Positions 39,038 through 50,299 of a stretch of DNA of 57,631 bases are shown here, one piece after another. Under the pieces are notes generated by a model. The model was not told the DNA's origin, searched no databases, and saw only the letters and a program-made list of their open reading frames with translations. The DNA is from Chiloscyllium plagiosum (lineage: Eukaryota). The DNA is taken from the NCBI RefSeq assembly GCF_004010195.1, contig NC_057719.1, positions 74,287,063 through 74,344,693 on the forward strand, given 5' to 3'. Position numbers and translations under genes: made by a program. Numbering within the stretch: the stretch's first letter is position 1; every line of letters starts with the position of its first letter.

Positions 39038-39262
39038 CATGATTTGGAGATGCCGGTGTTGGACTGGGGTGTACAAAGTTAAAAATCACACAACACCAGG
39101 TTATAGTCCAACAGGTTCAATTGGGAGCACACTAGCTTTCGGAGCGACGCTCCTTCATCAGGTGATAGTCACTATCACCTGATGAAGGAGCATCGCTCCG
39201 AAAGCTATTGTGCTCCCAATTGAACCTGTTGGACTATAACCTGGTGTTGTGTGATTTTTAAC
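39038..39262. mobile_element. Palindromic non-autonomous Penelope-derived element with 12-bp TSD
   Basis: 92-bp arms 39078-39169 and 39171-39262 (2 mismatches, 1-nt spacer); TSD attctaaatgat at 39026-39037 and 39263-39274. Confidence 0.88.
39130..39164 (-). ncRNA. Minimal type-I hammerhead ribozyme motif (mirror copy on + at 39176-39210)
   Basis: cac-CTGATGA-a-ggagc(gtc)gctcc-GAAA-GC-TA-gtg; helix I cac/gtg; palindromic AGCT. Confidence 0.65.
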
Positions 39263-40517
39263 ATTCTAAATGATGGTAGTTAGAAATAATGAGGATCCAA
39301 ACAGATCCAGCACTCCTTCAAAATAGATCACAAAAATTTTGTTCACTTATGCAGAAATAATGAAAGGAGTACCAGAATGTTGGAGTTCATAATGAGAGAT
39401 ATATCTGAAGGGGAGGAAGCTTTGCTTCAGCTATAGAAAGACCTCCTCTGGAGTTCCAGTTACAATTCTAGGAACTGCACCTTATCAAAAATGAGTGCAG
39501 AGCAGATTCATCTGCATGTCCCAAGGCTTTTATAGCTAGGTTACAGGGATGGATTACCTAAATCTATGGTTGACCGATGATATTACTCGCATTTTGATAA
39601 GGTAGGTAGAGTTCTTTCCACTGCAAAAGAGTCTAAAATAAGATGGCTAACATCTTAAAGTCAGTATAAGGCCATTCAGGAAACAGTTCTTTGCTCAAAA
39701 CGTAGTAGAAATATGGAATTTTCTTTCTCAAAAAAATAAAGATGTTAGCTCAACCAAGTTTTTCAAACTGAGAGTAATAGATTTTTCTAACTATAGGTAT
39801 AAAGCGATACAGGACCCAGGTTGTAATCTAATCCAGAAATGCCCTCAGTGAAGGACAAAACTGGAAGCAATCCTTACATAGGTTTATATTTATTTAGAGT
39901 TATACATTACAAGTTTATACTCCTAATGCAACAACTAATTTTAGTCTGTATCTAAATAAAGAAGGCTCAAGTTGATGTCCACAAACGCATACACTTAAAC
40001 ACAACTAATATACAATTAACAAGTGGGTAAATGGAACTAAATTACAGATTAAGTGCTGAATAATTTTATTGTCACGTATTTTACAGTAAGAATACAATCA
40101 AATACAGTGAACAGCTTTCATTTGTCGCCACGATTCAGTGCCATTTTGAATAATTTAAGAATAAGACCGAAAAAAAATTAGAGAGTCTGTCATTCCTGAG
40201 CCAGCTTCTCACCATCAGCGACACCAACGCTGCCATTGCTCATTCACTGCTTCACCACCATCTACACCGAACCCAACCAACATTAGAGTCACATCTCTTG
40301 CCCTGGGTCCACCTCGCCGATGTTGATGTGATGCTCTTCCGCTGCTTCACCGTTGCCAGCACAGGAGCCAACCAACAATGAAGTCACCATCTTCAGGCAC
40401 CATCTTTTGCCGCTGGGCCTACCTCGCCCACATCCCACCTGCTGATATAGTAGCTACCAATTCCATTGTCAGGTCCTGTGCTCACCCCAGAAAAGTAAGG
40501 GCTCACTCAATGACCAT

Positions 40518-40920
40518 ACTGGGCCCTCTTGAGATCCATGCACTGGATCTACTAGATGCTGACAGACTGGGCCCACTCAAGGCCCACGCACTGTGCTCAC
40601 TCTCCTCTGCACTGATCCCACTCGAGGCCCACGCACTGGGCTCACTCCACTGCACTGGGCTCACTCGAGGTCCACATACTGGGCTCACTCTCCTCTATAC
40701 TGGGCCCACTCGAGGCCCACGCACTGGGCTAACTCTCCTCTGCACTGGGCCCACTCGTGACCCACACGTTGGGCCCACTTGAGGTCTGCGCACTGGGCTC
40801 TCTCTACTCTGCACTGGGCCCACTCGAGGTCCACGCATTGGGCTCACTCTCCTCTGCACTGGGCCCACTCGAGGTCCGCGCACTGGGCCCTCTTGAGATC
40901 TATGCACTGGATTCACTGGA
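40518..40920. repeat. GC-rich minisatellite, ~45-bp unit built from 24- and 21-bp subunits
   Basis: gcactgggcccactcgaggtccac + gcactgggctcactctcctct repeated with variation. Confidence 0.9.
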
Positions 40921-42336
40921 CCTTCTGGAGATTGTAGTGGATGAGCTCTGGCTCAGGAGCCTGACTCCAACACCATCTTGTTCAAGTTAGGGACATTCAA
41001 CATTGAATGACAGAATGGATTTAGGAGTAGAATAACTTACTTTTGCTCCAAAGGTCCATCCTGTGTTGTCTTTGTTGCTCAAATTTTCCAGATTCTCCAA
41101 GATTCCAGATGTGTTTTGTGATGTCTGCTGCAGTTCCTCTGTCTTCCGATCAGTAGTTTTATTTATGACAGGAAGAAATGTTATAAACTAAATTGTAAAA
41201 TATTTAAAATTGGAAAGTGGAAGCAAGAACAGTTACGCCTCACTGGAGTTGCACACTGAAAATCAAGCTCCACTATTCTAGAGTTGACACAAAAGCCAAA
41301 GGTTTTATAAGAGAACACAAAGTTCTCCAATGTACCTGTATTTTAGACCCGGGTTGACAGACAACATGGACCAAGTTTCTGTATTTAAGAAGAACTTCTA
41401 AATATTACAAATACATGGATACTAGCTAGAAGTAAGCAATTATAGGTAATTCCGCCAGTTAAAAAAAATTGTGTTATGGATAGAGGAAAAGACAAGGAAG
41501 ATAGTTCAATTGTCACTGTCTATGGGTTCACTAGGTGGTCCTTTTGGTTTGCCAGGACTTGCTGCTCTTTCATTCTCCTTAGAACATAGAACATTATAAC
41601 ACAGTATAGGCCCTGTGGCCCTCAATAGTGCGCCAGTCTATGAAACTAATCTGAAGCCCATCTAACATACACTATTCCATTTATCATCCATATATTTATC
41701 CAATGACCATTCAAATGCCCTTAAAGTTGGCAAGTCTATTACTGTTGTAGGCAGGGCATTCCACACCCCTACTACTCTCTGAGTAAAGAACCTACCTCTG
41801 ACATCTATCCTCTCTCTATCACCCCTCAATTTAAAGCTATATCCCCTCACACTAGTCGTCACCATCTGAGGAAAAAGGCCCTTACTGTCCACCCTATCTA
41901 ATCCTCTGATCAGCTTGTATGTCTCTAAGAAGTCATCTCTCAACATTCTTCTCTCTAATGAAAACAGTCTCACAACCCTCAGCTTTTCCTCAATAGACCC
42001 CCCCCCCCCCGCATACCAGGCAACATCCTGGTAAATCTCTTCCGCTCCCTTTCCAATGCTTCCACGTCTTTCCTATAATGCAGTGACCAGAACTGCATGC
42101 AATATTCCTAGTGTGGCCGCACCAAGAGTTTTGTACAGCTGCAACATGACCTCATGGTTTCAAAACTCAATCCCTCAATGAATAAAAGCTAATACACCAT
42201 ACGCCTTTTTAACCAGCCTATGAATCTGTGGCAACTTTCAAGGATCTAAGCACATGGACATTGAGATCTCTCTGCTCATCCACACTACCAAGAATCTTAG
42301 GGTTTAGATTTGCTCGCTGAGCTGTAGGTTTGATAT

Positions 42337-42376
42337 CCAGACGTTTCATTACCTGGCTAGGTAATATCATCAGTGG
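42337..42376 (-). ncRNA. Type-I hammerhead ribozyme motif (variant copy on + at 43046-43085)
   Basis: cca-CTGATGA-t-attacc(tagcca)ggtaat-GAAA-CG-TC-tgg; helix I cca/tgg. Confidence 0.7.
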
Positions 42377-42610
42377 CGACCTCCAAGTGAAGCGAAGCTG
42401 TTGTCTCCTGCTTTCTATTTATGTGTTTGTCCTGCATGGGGTTCCTGGGGTTTGTGGTGATGTCATTTCCTGTTAGTTTTCTGAGGGGTTGATAGATGGT
42501 ATCTAGATCTATGTGTTTGTTTATGGCATTGTGGTTGGAGTGCCAGGCCTCTAGGAATTCTCTGGCATGTCTTTGCTTAGCCAATCCCAGGATAGATGTG
42601 TTGTCCCAGT

Positions 42611-42823
42611 NNNNNNNNNNNNNNNNNNNNNNNNNNNNNNNNNNNNNNNNNNNNNNNNNNNNNNNNNNNNNNNNNNNNNNNNNNNNNNNNNNNNNNNNNN
42701 NNNNNNNNNNNNNNNNNNNNNNNNNNNNNNNNNNNNNNNNNNNNNNNNNNNNNNNNNNNNNNNNNNNNNNNNNNNNNNNNNNNNNNNNNNNNNNNNNNNN
42801 NNNNNNNNNNNNNNNNNNNNNNN
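42611..42823. other. Assembly gap (213 N)
   Basis: Run of N at the centre of an inverted repeat. Confidence 1.
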
Positions 42824-44116
42824 CATCTATCCTGGGATAGGCTAAGCAAAGACATGCCAGAGAATTCCTAGAGGCCTAGCACTCCAACCACAACGCCTTA
42901 AACAAACACATAGATCTAGATACCATCTATCAACCCCTCAGAAAACTAACAGGAAATGACATCACCACCAACCTCATGAACCCCATCCAGGACAAACATA
43001 TAAATAGAAAGCAGGAGACAACAGCTTTGCTTCACTTGGAGTTCGCCACTGATGATGTTACCTAGCCAGGTAATGAAACATCTGGATATCAAACCTACAG
43101 CTCAGCAAGCAAACCTACACCCTAAATCTCAACCTGAGCTACAATCCTTCACAAACCTTGCAAAAACCAAGAATCTTACCATTAGCCCAATATTCTGTAT
43201 TCCTGTTGCTCCTTCCAAAGTGAATCACCTCACACTTTTCCACATTAAACTCCATTTGTCACCTCTCAGCCCAGCTCTGCAGCTTATTTCTATCCCTCTG
43301 TAACCTGCAACATTCTTCCGTACTGTCCACAACTCCACCGACTTTAGTGTCAACCGCAAATTTACTAACCCATCCTTCTAAACCCTCATCCAGGTCATTT
43401 ATAAAAATAACAAACAACAGTAGCCATAAAACAGATCCTTGCGGTACACCACTGAACTCCAGGATGAACGTTTCTCATCAACCACCACATTCAATCTTCT
43501 TTCAGCTAGCCAACTTCTGATCCCAATCGCTAAATCACCCTCAATCCCATGCTTCAGGATTTTCTGCAATATCCTACTGTGGGGAACTTTATCAAATGCC
43601 TTACTGAAATCCATATACACCATATCAACTGCTTTACCCTCATCCACCTGTTTGGTCACCTTCTCAAAGAACTCTATAAGGTTTGTGAGGCAAAACCTAT
43701 CCTTCACAAAACTGTGTTGACTATCCCTAATCAACTTATTCCTTTCTAGATGTTTATAAATCCTGTCTCTTATAACCCTTTCCAACACTTTAACCTGGCT
43801 AACTTGTATAATTCAAGCACCCTAACTAAGCCTTCATGTCTCATCTTTACATTAGCCTCTTGACAAGAGATTCAACTTCTTTAGTAAACTACGATTCCCT
43901 CACTTGACCACTTTCTCCCTGCCTGTTGCTTGAACAAGTTCCATATTTCAATAGTGCCCATCTCCTGCAGTTTCTTTCCCCATCCTATGCATCCCAAATC
44001 TTGCCTCATCGCATCATAATTGTCTGTCCCCCAGCTATAACTCTGACCTACGGTATATACCTATCCCTATTCATCATTAAAGTAAACGTAACCGAATTGT
44101 GGTCACTATCACCAAA

Positions 44117-44545
44117 GTAGTAGTAGTAGTAGTAGTAGTAGTTTTTTATTTGTAATTTCTACCATATGCAACTGATACAGTAAAAAACAAGACAGCATTT
44201 CCCCAGGACCGAGAGTGCAACATTGATAGCATAGACTACACAATCATGCATGGCATAAAGTGCGTAAGACGAAGGGCAATACATGCAAATTACAGTGTAA
44301 TAGAAGATAAATAATAGACATTTTTCTAGCAGCAATTTGAAGTCGTGCAAAGAATTTCAGATGGGAAAGAGTCCGATCGTACTGTGTTAAGGAGCCTGAT
44401 GGCTTGGGGAATGAAACTGTTGCACAGCCTGGTCATGAGAGACTGAGTGCTCTGGTATCTTCTGCCAGATAGCAGGAGGGAGAAGAGTTTGAGTGAGTGG
44501 TGTGTGGGGTCTTCCACAATGCCCTTAGCCTTTCGGATGCAGTGC
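44117..44545 (-). mobile_element. Rex1/Babar-clade LINE 3' fragment with (TAC)n tail
   Basis: KAKGIVEDPTHHSLKLFSLLLSGRRYQS...SFIPQAIRLLN; (GTA)n at 44117-44142 next to AATAAA on the minus strand. Confidence 0.8.
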
Positions 44546-44887
44546 TCACCTACCTCCAAATCTAACACCTGGCCTGGTACATTACCAAATCCAATGTGGC
44601 CTCGCTTCTTGTTGGCTTATCTACATACTGTGTCAGGAAACCTTCTGCACATATTGGATAAAAACTGATCCATCTAAGGTACTCAAACCATAGTGTTTCC
44701 AGTCAATATTTAGAAAGGTAAAGTCCCCCATAACAACTACCCTGTTACTTTTGCTCCTATCCAGAATCATCTTTGCTATCCTTTCCTCTACATCTCTGGG
44801 ACTTTGCAGAGGCCCATAGAAACCTCCCTACAGGGTGACCTTTCCTGTTTCTAACCTCAGCCCATAATATCTCAGTAGACGTGTCCT

Positions 44888-44976
44888 CATCAAACGTCCT
44901 TTCTGCTATCATAATACTATGCTTGACTAACATCAAACGTCCTTTCTGCTATCATAATACTATGCTTGACTAACAT
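44888..44976. repeat. Perfect 43-bp tandem duplication inside the CR1
   Basis: catcaaacgtcctttctgctatcataatactatgcttgactaa x2. Confidence 0.95.
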
Positions 44977-46039
44977 AGCCACACCTCCCCCCCCTTACTA
45001 TCTTCCCTGTTCTTACTGAAAAATCAAAATCCTATAACCTGCAACAACCATTCCAGTCCCTCCTCTATCCATGTCTCTGAAATGGCCACAACATCGAAAT
45101 CCCAAGTACCAACCCATACTACAAGTTCACCCTCCTTGTTCCAGATGCTACTCGCGTTGAAGTAGACACACTTCAAGCCACCTTCCTGTCTGCTGTATGC
45201 TGCTGCAATCTTGAAACCTTATCCGTGACCTCACTACTCTCAACCTCCTGTATACTGGAGCTACAATTCAGGTTCCCATCCCCCTGCTGAATTAGTTTAG
45301 CAGCATTAGCAAAGATCTCCCCCAGGATGTTGGTACCCCTCTGGTTCAGGTATAGACCATTCCATTTGTAGAGGTCCTACCTACCCCAGAATGAGCCCCA
45401 ATTATCCAGTATTTGAATCCCTCCCTCTTGCACCATCCCTGTAGCCACGTGTTCAACTGCTCTCTCTCTGTATTCCTAGCCTCGCTAGCAAGCGGAACAG
45501 TAACAAACCAGAGATAACATATTTGTTCTAGCTCTAAGCTTCCACCCTAGCTCCATGAGTTTCTGCCTTACATCCCCAACCCTTTTCCAACCTATGTTGT
45601 TGGTGCCTATGTGGACTACAACAAGGGGCTGCCCCCCCTCCCCCTTAAAGATCCCGAAAACACGATCCAAGACATCATGAACCCTGACACCTCAGAAACA
45701 GTGCACCAAATGAGAGTGTTGCTCATTCCCACAGAATCCCCTATCTATCCCCCCTAACTATGGAGTTCCCAATGACTAATGCTCTACACCTCTCCCCACC
45801 TTCCCTTCTGAGCATCAGGCTCAGATTCTGTGCCAAAGACCTGTCCCCCTGACTGTACCCCATGGCTTACCCCTGGTTATCCCCAACAGTATCCAAAACG
45901 GTATACTTGTTGTTGAAGGGAATGGCCACAGGATCCTGCACTGTCTGCCTCTTCCCTTTCCATCCCCTGACTGTAACCCATCTACTGTTTTCCTGTACCT
46001 GAGGTGTGACTAACTCCTATCAATAATCCCCTTCTGGCT

Positions 46040-46530
46040 GACTGTCTGTCTGGAGTTTGCACATTCTCCCCGTGTCTGTGTGGGTTTCCTGCAGGTCCTC
46101 TGGTTTCCTCCTAAAGCCCAAAGATGTGCAGGTTAGGTGAATTGGCCATGTAAATTGCCCATAGTGTTCAAGGATGTGTAGGTTAGGGGCATTAGTCAGG
46201 GGAAATGTAGAGTTATATGGTAGGGGGAATGGGTCTGGCTGAGTTACTCTTCAGAGGGTCGGTGTGGACTTGTTAGGCTGAATGGCCTGTTTCCACACTG
46301 TAGGGATTCTTCTATGACTGAGGATGCTGGAAATCTGAAATAAAAACAGGAAGATGCTGAACAAATGCAGCACAACCAAGCACATGTGGAGAGAGATACA
46401 GAGTTAATGTTTCAGATCCAGCATGACTCTGCTTCAGAACTGAAAGGAACTGGAAAATGGAATATACTGCACTACCACCTGATGAAGGAGCAGCACTCCA
46501 AAAGCTAGTGCTTCCAATTAAACCTGTTGG
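46040..46530 (+). repeat. Copy of 47765-48255 (headless HE1 SINE plus two Penelope-derived pieces)
   Basis: Colinear and highly similar across three repeat junctions. Confidence 0.85.
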
Positions 46531-47688
46531 ATATTCATCCAGCTTCAGCTCCAGTTCCCTACCGTGGTTTCCAAGGAGCTGGAGTTGGGTGCACTTCCCA
46601 CAGATGAAGTCAGCAGGGACACCAGTGGTGACTATTGCCTCCCATATTCTACAGGAGGAGCATCAACTGCCCTAACATCCATTTCCACTGTTGTAAATTC
46701 CCAAAGAGACTATTGAAAAACATCTAGTAACCTTACCAAATCGGTGCACAGAACCTTTTCTTTTGGTTAGAGGAGGAGAATGGTTGGGAGACACTACCTA
46801 AGTAGTGTTTCGGGTAAAGCAATGGCCCAAATATATTACCTCCGTGACTCAGCCATCCTGTGTCTGTTCCTGCTCAGCATGCACTCCGCCTATTCATGAG
46901 ATAAGTTTTTATATAATCAATCTACCTTCCCAGCAGCCCTCAGTCCTCGCTCTCACCGCTCCTGCTGCTGCCACCAATCCCTTCTCCAGGTATTTTCTCT
47001 TAATTTAGGAGGCAAGAACCATTGATTCACACATATAAAGTTTCTGACCTTTTGGTTAAAAGCTACAGCTTACAGCAACTGTTGAGGGGAATTATAGTGG
47101 CCTTCTTTAGGCTTTAAGTTTTTTTAAAACTATGATTAAAGGACAACTTCCTTTTTGGAGATCTAATGGCTTCTGACCAAATATTAACTCCCGCAAGCTG
47201 TTCAGCTCCCTGGGACCCAATTAAGTCGTTGTTGGTAGGCAGAGGTCTTTGTCATTCACAATGATTCCACAGACCAATCAGCCACTTGGTGCTGGCCAAA
47301 TCTCCCTTAGTACACATCCCCAGGCTCTATGGTAACATTTCACATTGCTCGGTATAAACGGTATTTACAATGAGTGTAAAGTAACTTTCTTTCAGAAAAC
47401 CCAGTAATCCCTTCCTCAATACTTGGCTTCTAAAAGAGTCCTTTTCCCATTTCAGTTCGCAATCAAAAGTACAGGAAGGTAACAAGATCTTTCAAAGAAA
47501 AGAAAAAACAAAGGATCATCGAGTATTGATCTAATATGAAGTGAACACAAAGGAAGTCGTCATGCTTCAGTTATACAGAGCCGAGGTCAGATTTCATCTA
47601 GAATATGGTTTCAGTTTTGGGCCCAGGAATAATCCTTAAAGAAGATGCTGTACAAGTTCACCAGGATAATAAGAGTGAAATACTAATT

Positions 47689-48325
47689 GGCAGCACAGTG
47701 GCTCAGTGTTTAGCGCTGTTGCCTTGTAGTGACAGGACCCCAGTTTGATTCTGCTTGTGGGCAACTGTCTGTTTGGAGTTTGCACATTCTCCCTGTGTCT
47801 GCGTGGGTTTCCTCCAGGTCCTCTAGTTTCCTCCCAAAGCCCAAAGATGTGCAGGTTAGGTGAATTGTCCAAGTTAAATTGTCCATAGTGTTCAAGGATG
47901 TGTAGGTTATGTGCATTAGTCAGGGGAAATGTAGAATAATAGGGTAGGGGGAATGGGTCTGGCTGAGTTACTCTTCGGAGGGTCAGTGTGGACTTTTTGG
48001 GCTGAATGGCCTGTTTCCACGCTGTAGGGATTCTTCTATAACTGAGGATGCTGGAAATCTGAAATAAAAACAGGAAGATGCTGAACAAACGCAGCACAAC
48101 CAAGCACATGTGGAGAGAGGTACAGAGTTAATGTTTCAGATCCAGCGTGACTCTGCTTCAGAACTGAAAGGAACTGGAAAATGGAATATACTCCACAACC
48201 ACCTGATGAAGTGGTAGCACTCCAAAAGCTAGTGCTTCCAATTAAACCTGTTGGACTATTACCTGGTGTTGTGTGATTTTTAACTTTGTACACTCCAGTC
48301 CAACTACGGCATCTCCAAATCATGG
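47689..48325 (+). mobile_element. HE1-like V-SINE (47689-48037) followed by a Penelope-tail fragment and a single arm of the 39038 family (48195-48323)
   Basis: tRNA head, V-domain; then gatgctggaaatctgaaat...; then cctgatgaag...aaagctagtg...tgttggacta. Confidence 0.82.
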
Positions 48326-49685
48326 AAAATGTTAGGTTGTGATGTTGCTGAAAGAGGGGGAGGTGGAGCAAACAGAACAGATGGTGAGGATGCCCAGAGC
48401 AACAGACAAAAGGAGTGCTAATGTAGGTAAAAAAACATCATAAGATATAAAAGAGGTGTAAGCGTTAGCTGTGAAAGGAGTAAATGGGTCCACTCTGCTG
48501 AGAGCAAAGCCAACAAGGCACAAACCAGACAAGGCTGGGGGGAGTGAAGATGTACTCAGAATGGAGGACAGAGGCCATGCTTTGAAGTTATTATACTCAA
48601 TGTTGTGTCTGAGAGACTGTACAGTGTCTAAGTGGACAATGAGGTGTTCCTCCAGCTCCCGTTGAACTTTGTTAGAACATTGTAGCAGACCCGGGTCTGG
48701 GATGTTAGTCTGAGAACAAGACAGGTTATAGAGAAGGCAAGTAACTTGTACATCTGTATCATTCTTGAGGACAGAACAGTCTTACCAATGTAAAGGAGAT
48801 CATATTGTGAGTGGTGAATATCGCAGACAAAATTGAAAGGAGTAGAAGGAAAGGCTGTTTCATCTGAAAGGTGTGTTTGGGGCTTTGGTCAGTGAGAAGA
48901 GGGGAGGTGAAAGAGCAAGTGCTTCACCTTCTGAACTGCTCAGGTCACATATGAATTGAATATTCAGGGGATGGAATCCTTTTCTTTTCATGAATACTGG
49001 AGCTTGGTGATAGGTGCTATGTAGATACAATTGATTGCGCCCTGCACTTGCAAGAAGTGAGTGATGGATGAGAATCCCAATGCTGTAGCTGCTAGATGTC
49101 TACATCAAGAGTGAGCAATATGAATAGGTGAGGTGTGGCAAAGATTGCATCAGTAAGTCCTTATGAGAGAGGATTATGAAATGATACAAAGTTCCCAGTT
49201 GCTCCTTGAAGTGATCCACTTGCAAAAGAAAGTCAGGGTGGCTGTAGCCCTGAGGCTGTCAGGATGACTCCTTGTTAGCACAAGTGCTCATTCAGCAACT
49301 AGCAGAAATGTGACATAATGGCTTGGAACATAGTCTTCTTCTGCTCTGTCCATATTTACAGACCCTAGTGCAGAAAGCTGCACTGGGGTCTGTAGATATG
49401 GACAGAATCTTATTGTGGCCTGAACAAAGTGGGACATGGTGAGAATTGTGGTAGAATCAAGTGAGAGGTCTGATAAGGTCTATCTCAACGCTGCACCTTT
49501 TAACTTAGTCCTGGGTGTCAAGTCAAGACTTTTGCTGGGTAGCAGCAAGTTGCCTATTAAAGGGAATTATTGCTTGATAAACACCCTATTAGTGACACAT
49601 CTTGCCTTCTTAATATGCAACTTCCTATCCTACCATAGATACTTGGCAGATGCAGCTTGCTGCTTCCTGTAATGGACCTCACTAT

Positions 49686-49787
49686 TGGACATCGGGCTCT
49701 AACATGTCAGGGCACATTCTGTGGACATCGGGCACTAACATGTCAGGGCACATTCTGTGGACATCGGGCCCTAACAACTTGGGGCAC
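49686..49787. repeat. 36-bp tandem repeat, ~2.8 copies
   Basis: ggacatcgggc(t/a/c)ctaacatgtcagggcacattctgt starting at 49687, 49723 and 49759. Confidence 0.9.
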
Positions 49788-50299
49788 GTCCATGGGCACC
49801 AGCCACATGCACCCCACATCCATGGCCATTGACGTCCGAATGTGTGGCAGCCTCTGAGAACCCTCACGCCACATCTCTGATCCACGTCTGAATGTTTCTG
49901 CACTTCATGTTGCATTTCAGCCTGAACCAGCCACTCTCATTGTAATGCTGCAGTAAGGATGCTGTCTGCTCAGGAACACCCACACAGCTCATGGACAGGA
50001 CCGAGCTGCATCTCGGCTTACTTCGAGTCTACCTGGATGCTCAGAGTACCGCTGCCTTGCCTTGTTTTTGTGCACTTTTCCCCCTCAGCCAGGGATACAA
50101 GGCTCACAGTATTGCTGCATTGCCATGATGTTGAGAGTAGACACTAAGCCAGCAAGCCTATGATGGTTGCCAGCTGGTCAAGTCAAAAGACAGCCTTCAC
50201 TCAGGGGGTTCCAGCACACTAAGTAAAGGATGATCAGTCGCTCAGGACGGTCAGCATTAGGATTCACTCCTCATCAGGAGTGAGGAGTCAAATGGAGTG

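Larger units (their letters stand above)
42300..43165. mobile_element. Penelope-like element (GIY-YIG C-terminal end) as an inverted pair with 13-bp TSD
   Basis: AREFLEAWHSNHNAINKHIDLDTIYQPL-type sequence on both strands around the gap; TSD accaagaatctta at 42287-42299 and 43166-43178. Confidence 0.85.
41580..46985 (-). mobile_element. Near-full-length decayed CR1 LINE (5'UTR, ORF1 zinc finger plus esterase, partly deleted ORF2, 3'UTR) with three nested insertions
   Basis: ORF1 start near 46682 (Cys-rich, FICGKCTQLQLL), SGNH-esterase-like VVVHIGTNNIG (45485-45670), RT CLTNLIEFFEKVT/YMDFSKAFDKVPH, C-terminal RFFTQRVVGVWN. Confidence 0.85.

Noticed and set aside
40518..40920. CRISPR-like appearance of the 45-bp repeats (also the 36-bp repeats at 49686)
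   Set aside because: No unique spacers, no cas genes, vertebrate context: ordinary minisatellites.
31580..42871. ORFs containing long X runs
   Set aside because: Artefacts of the two N gaps.
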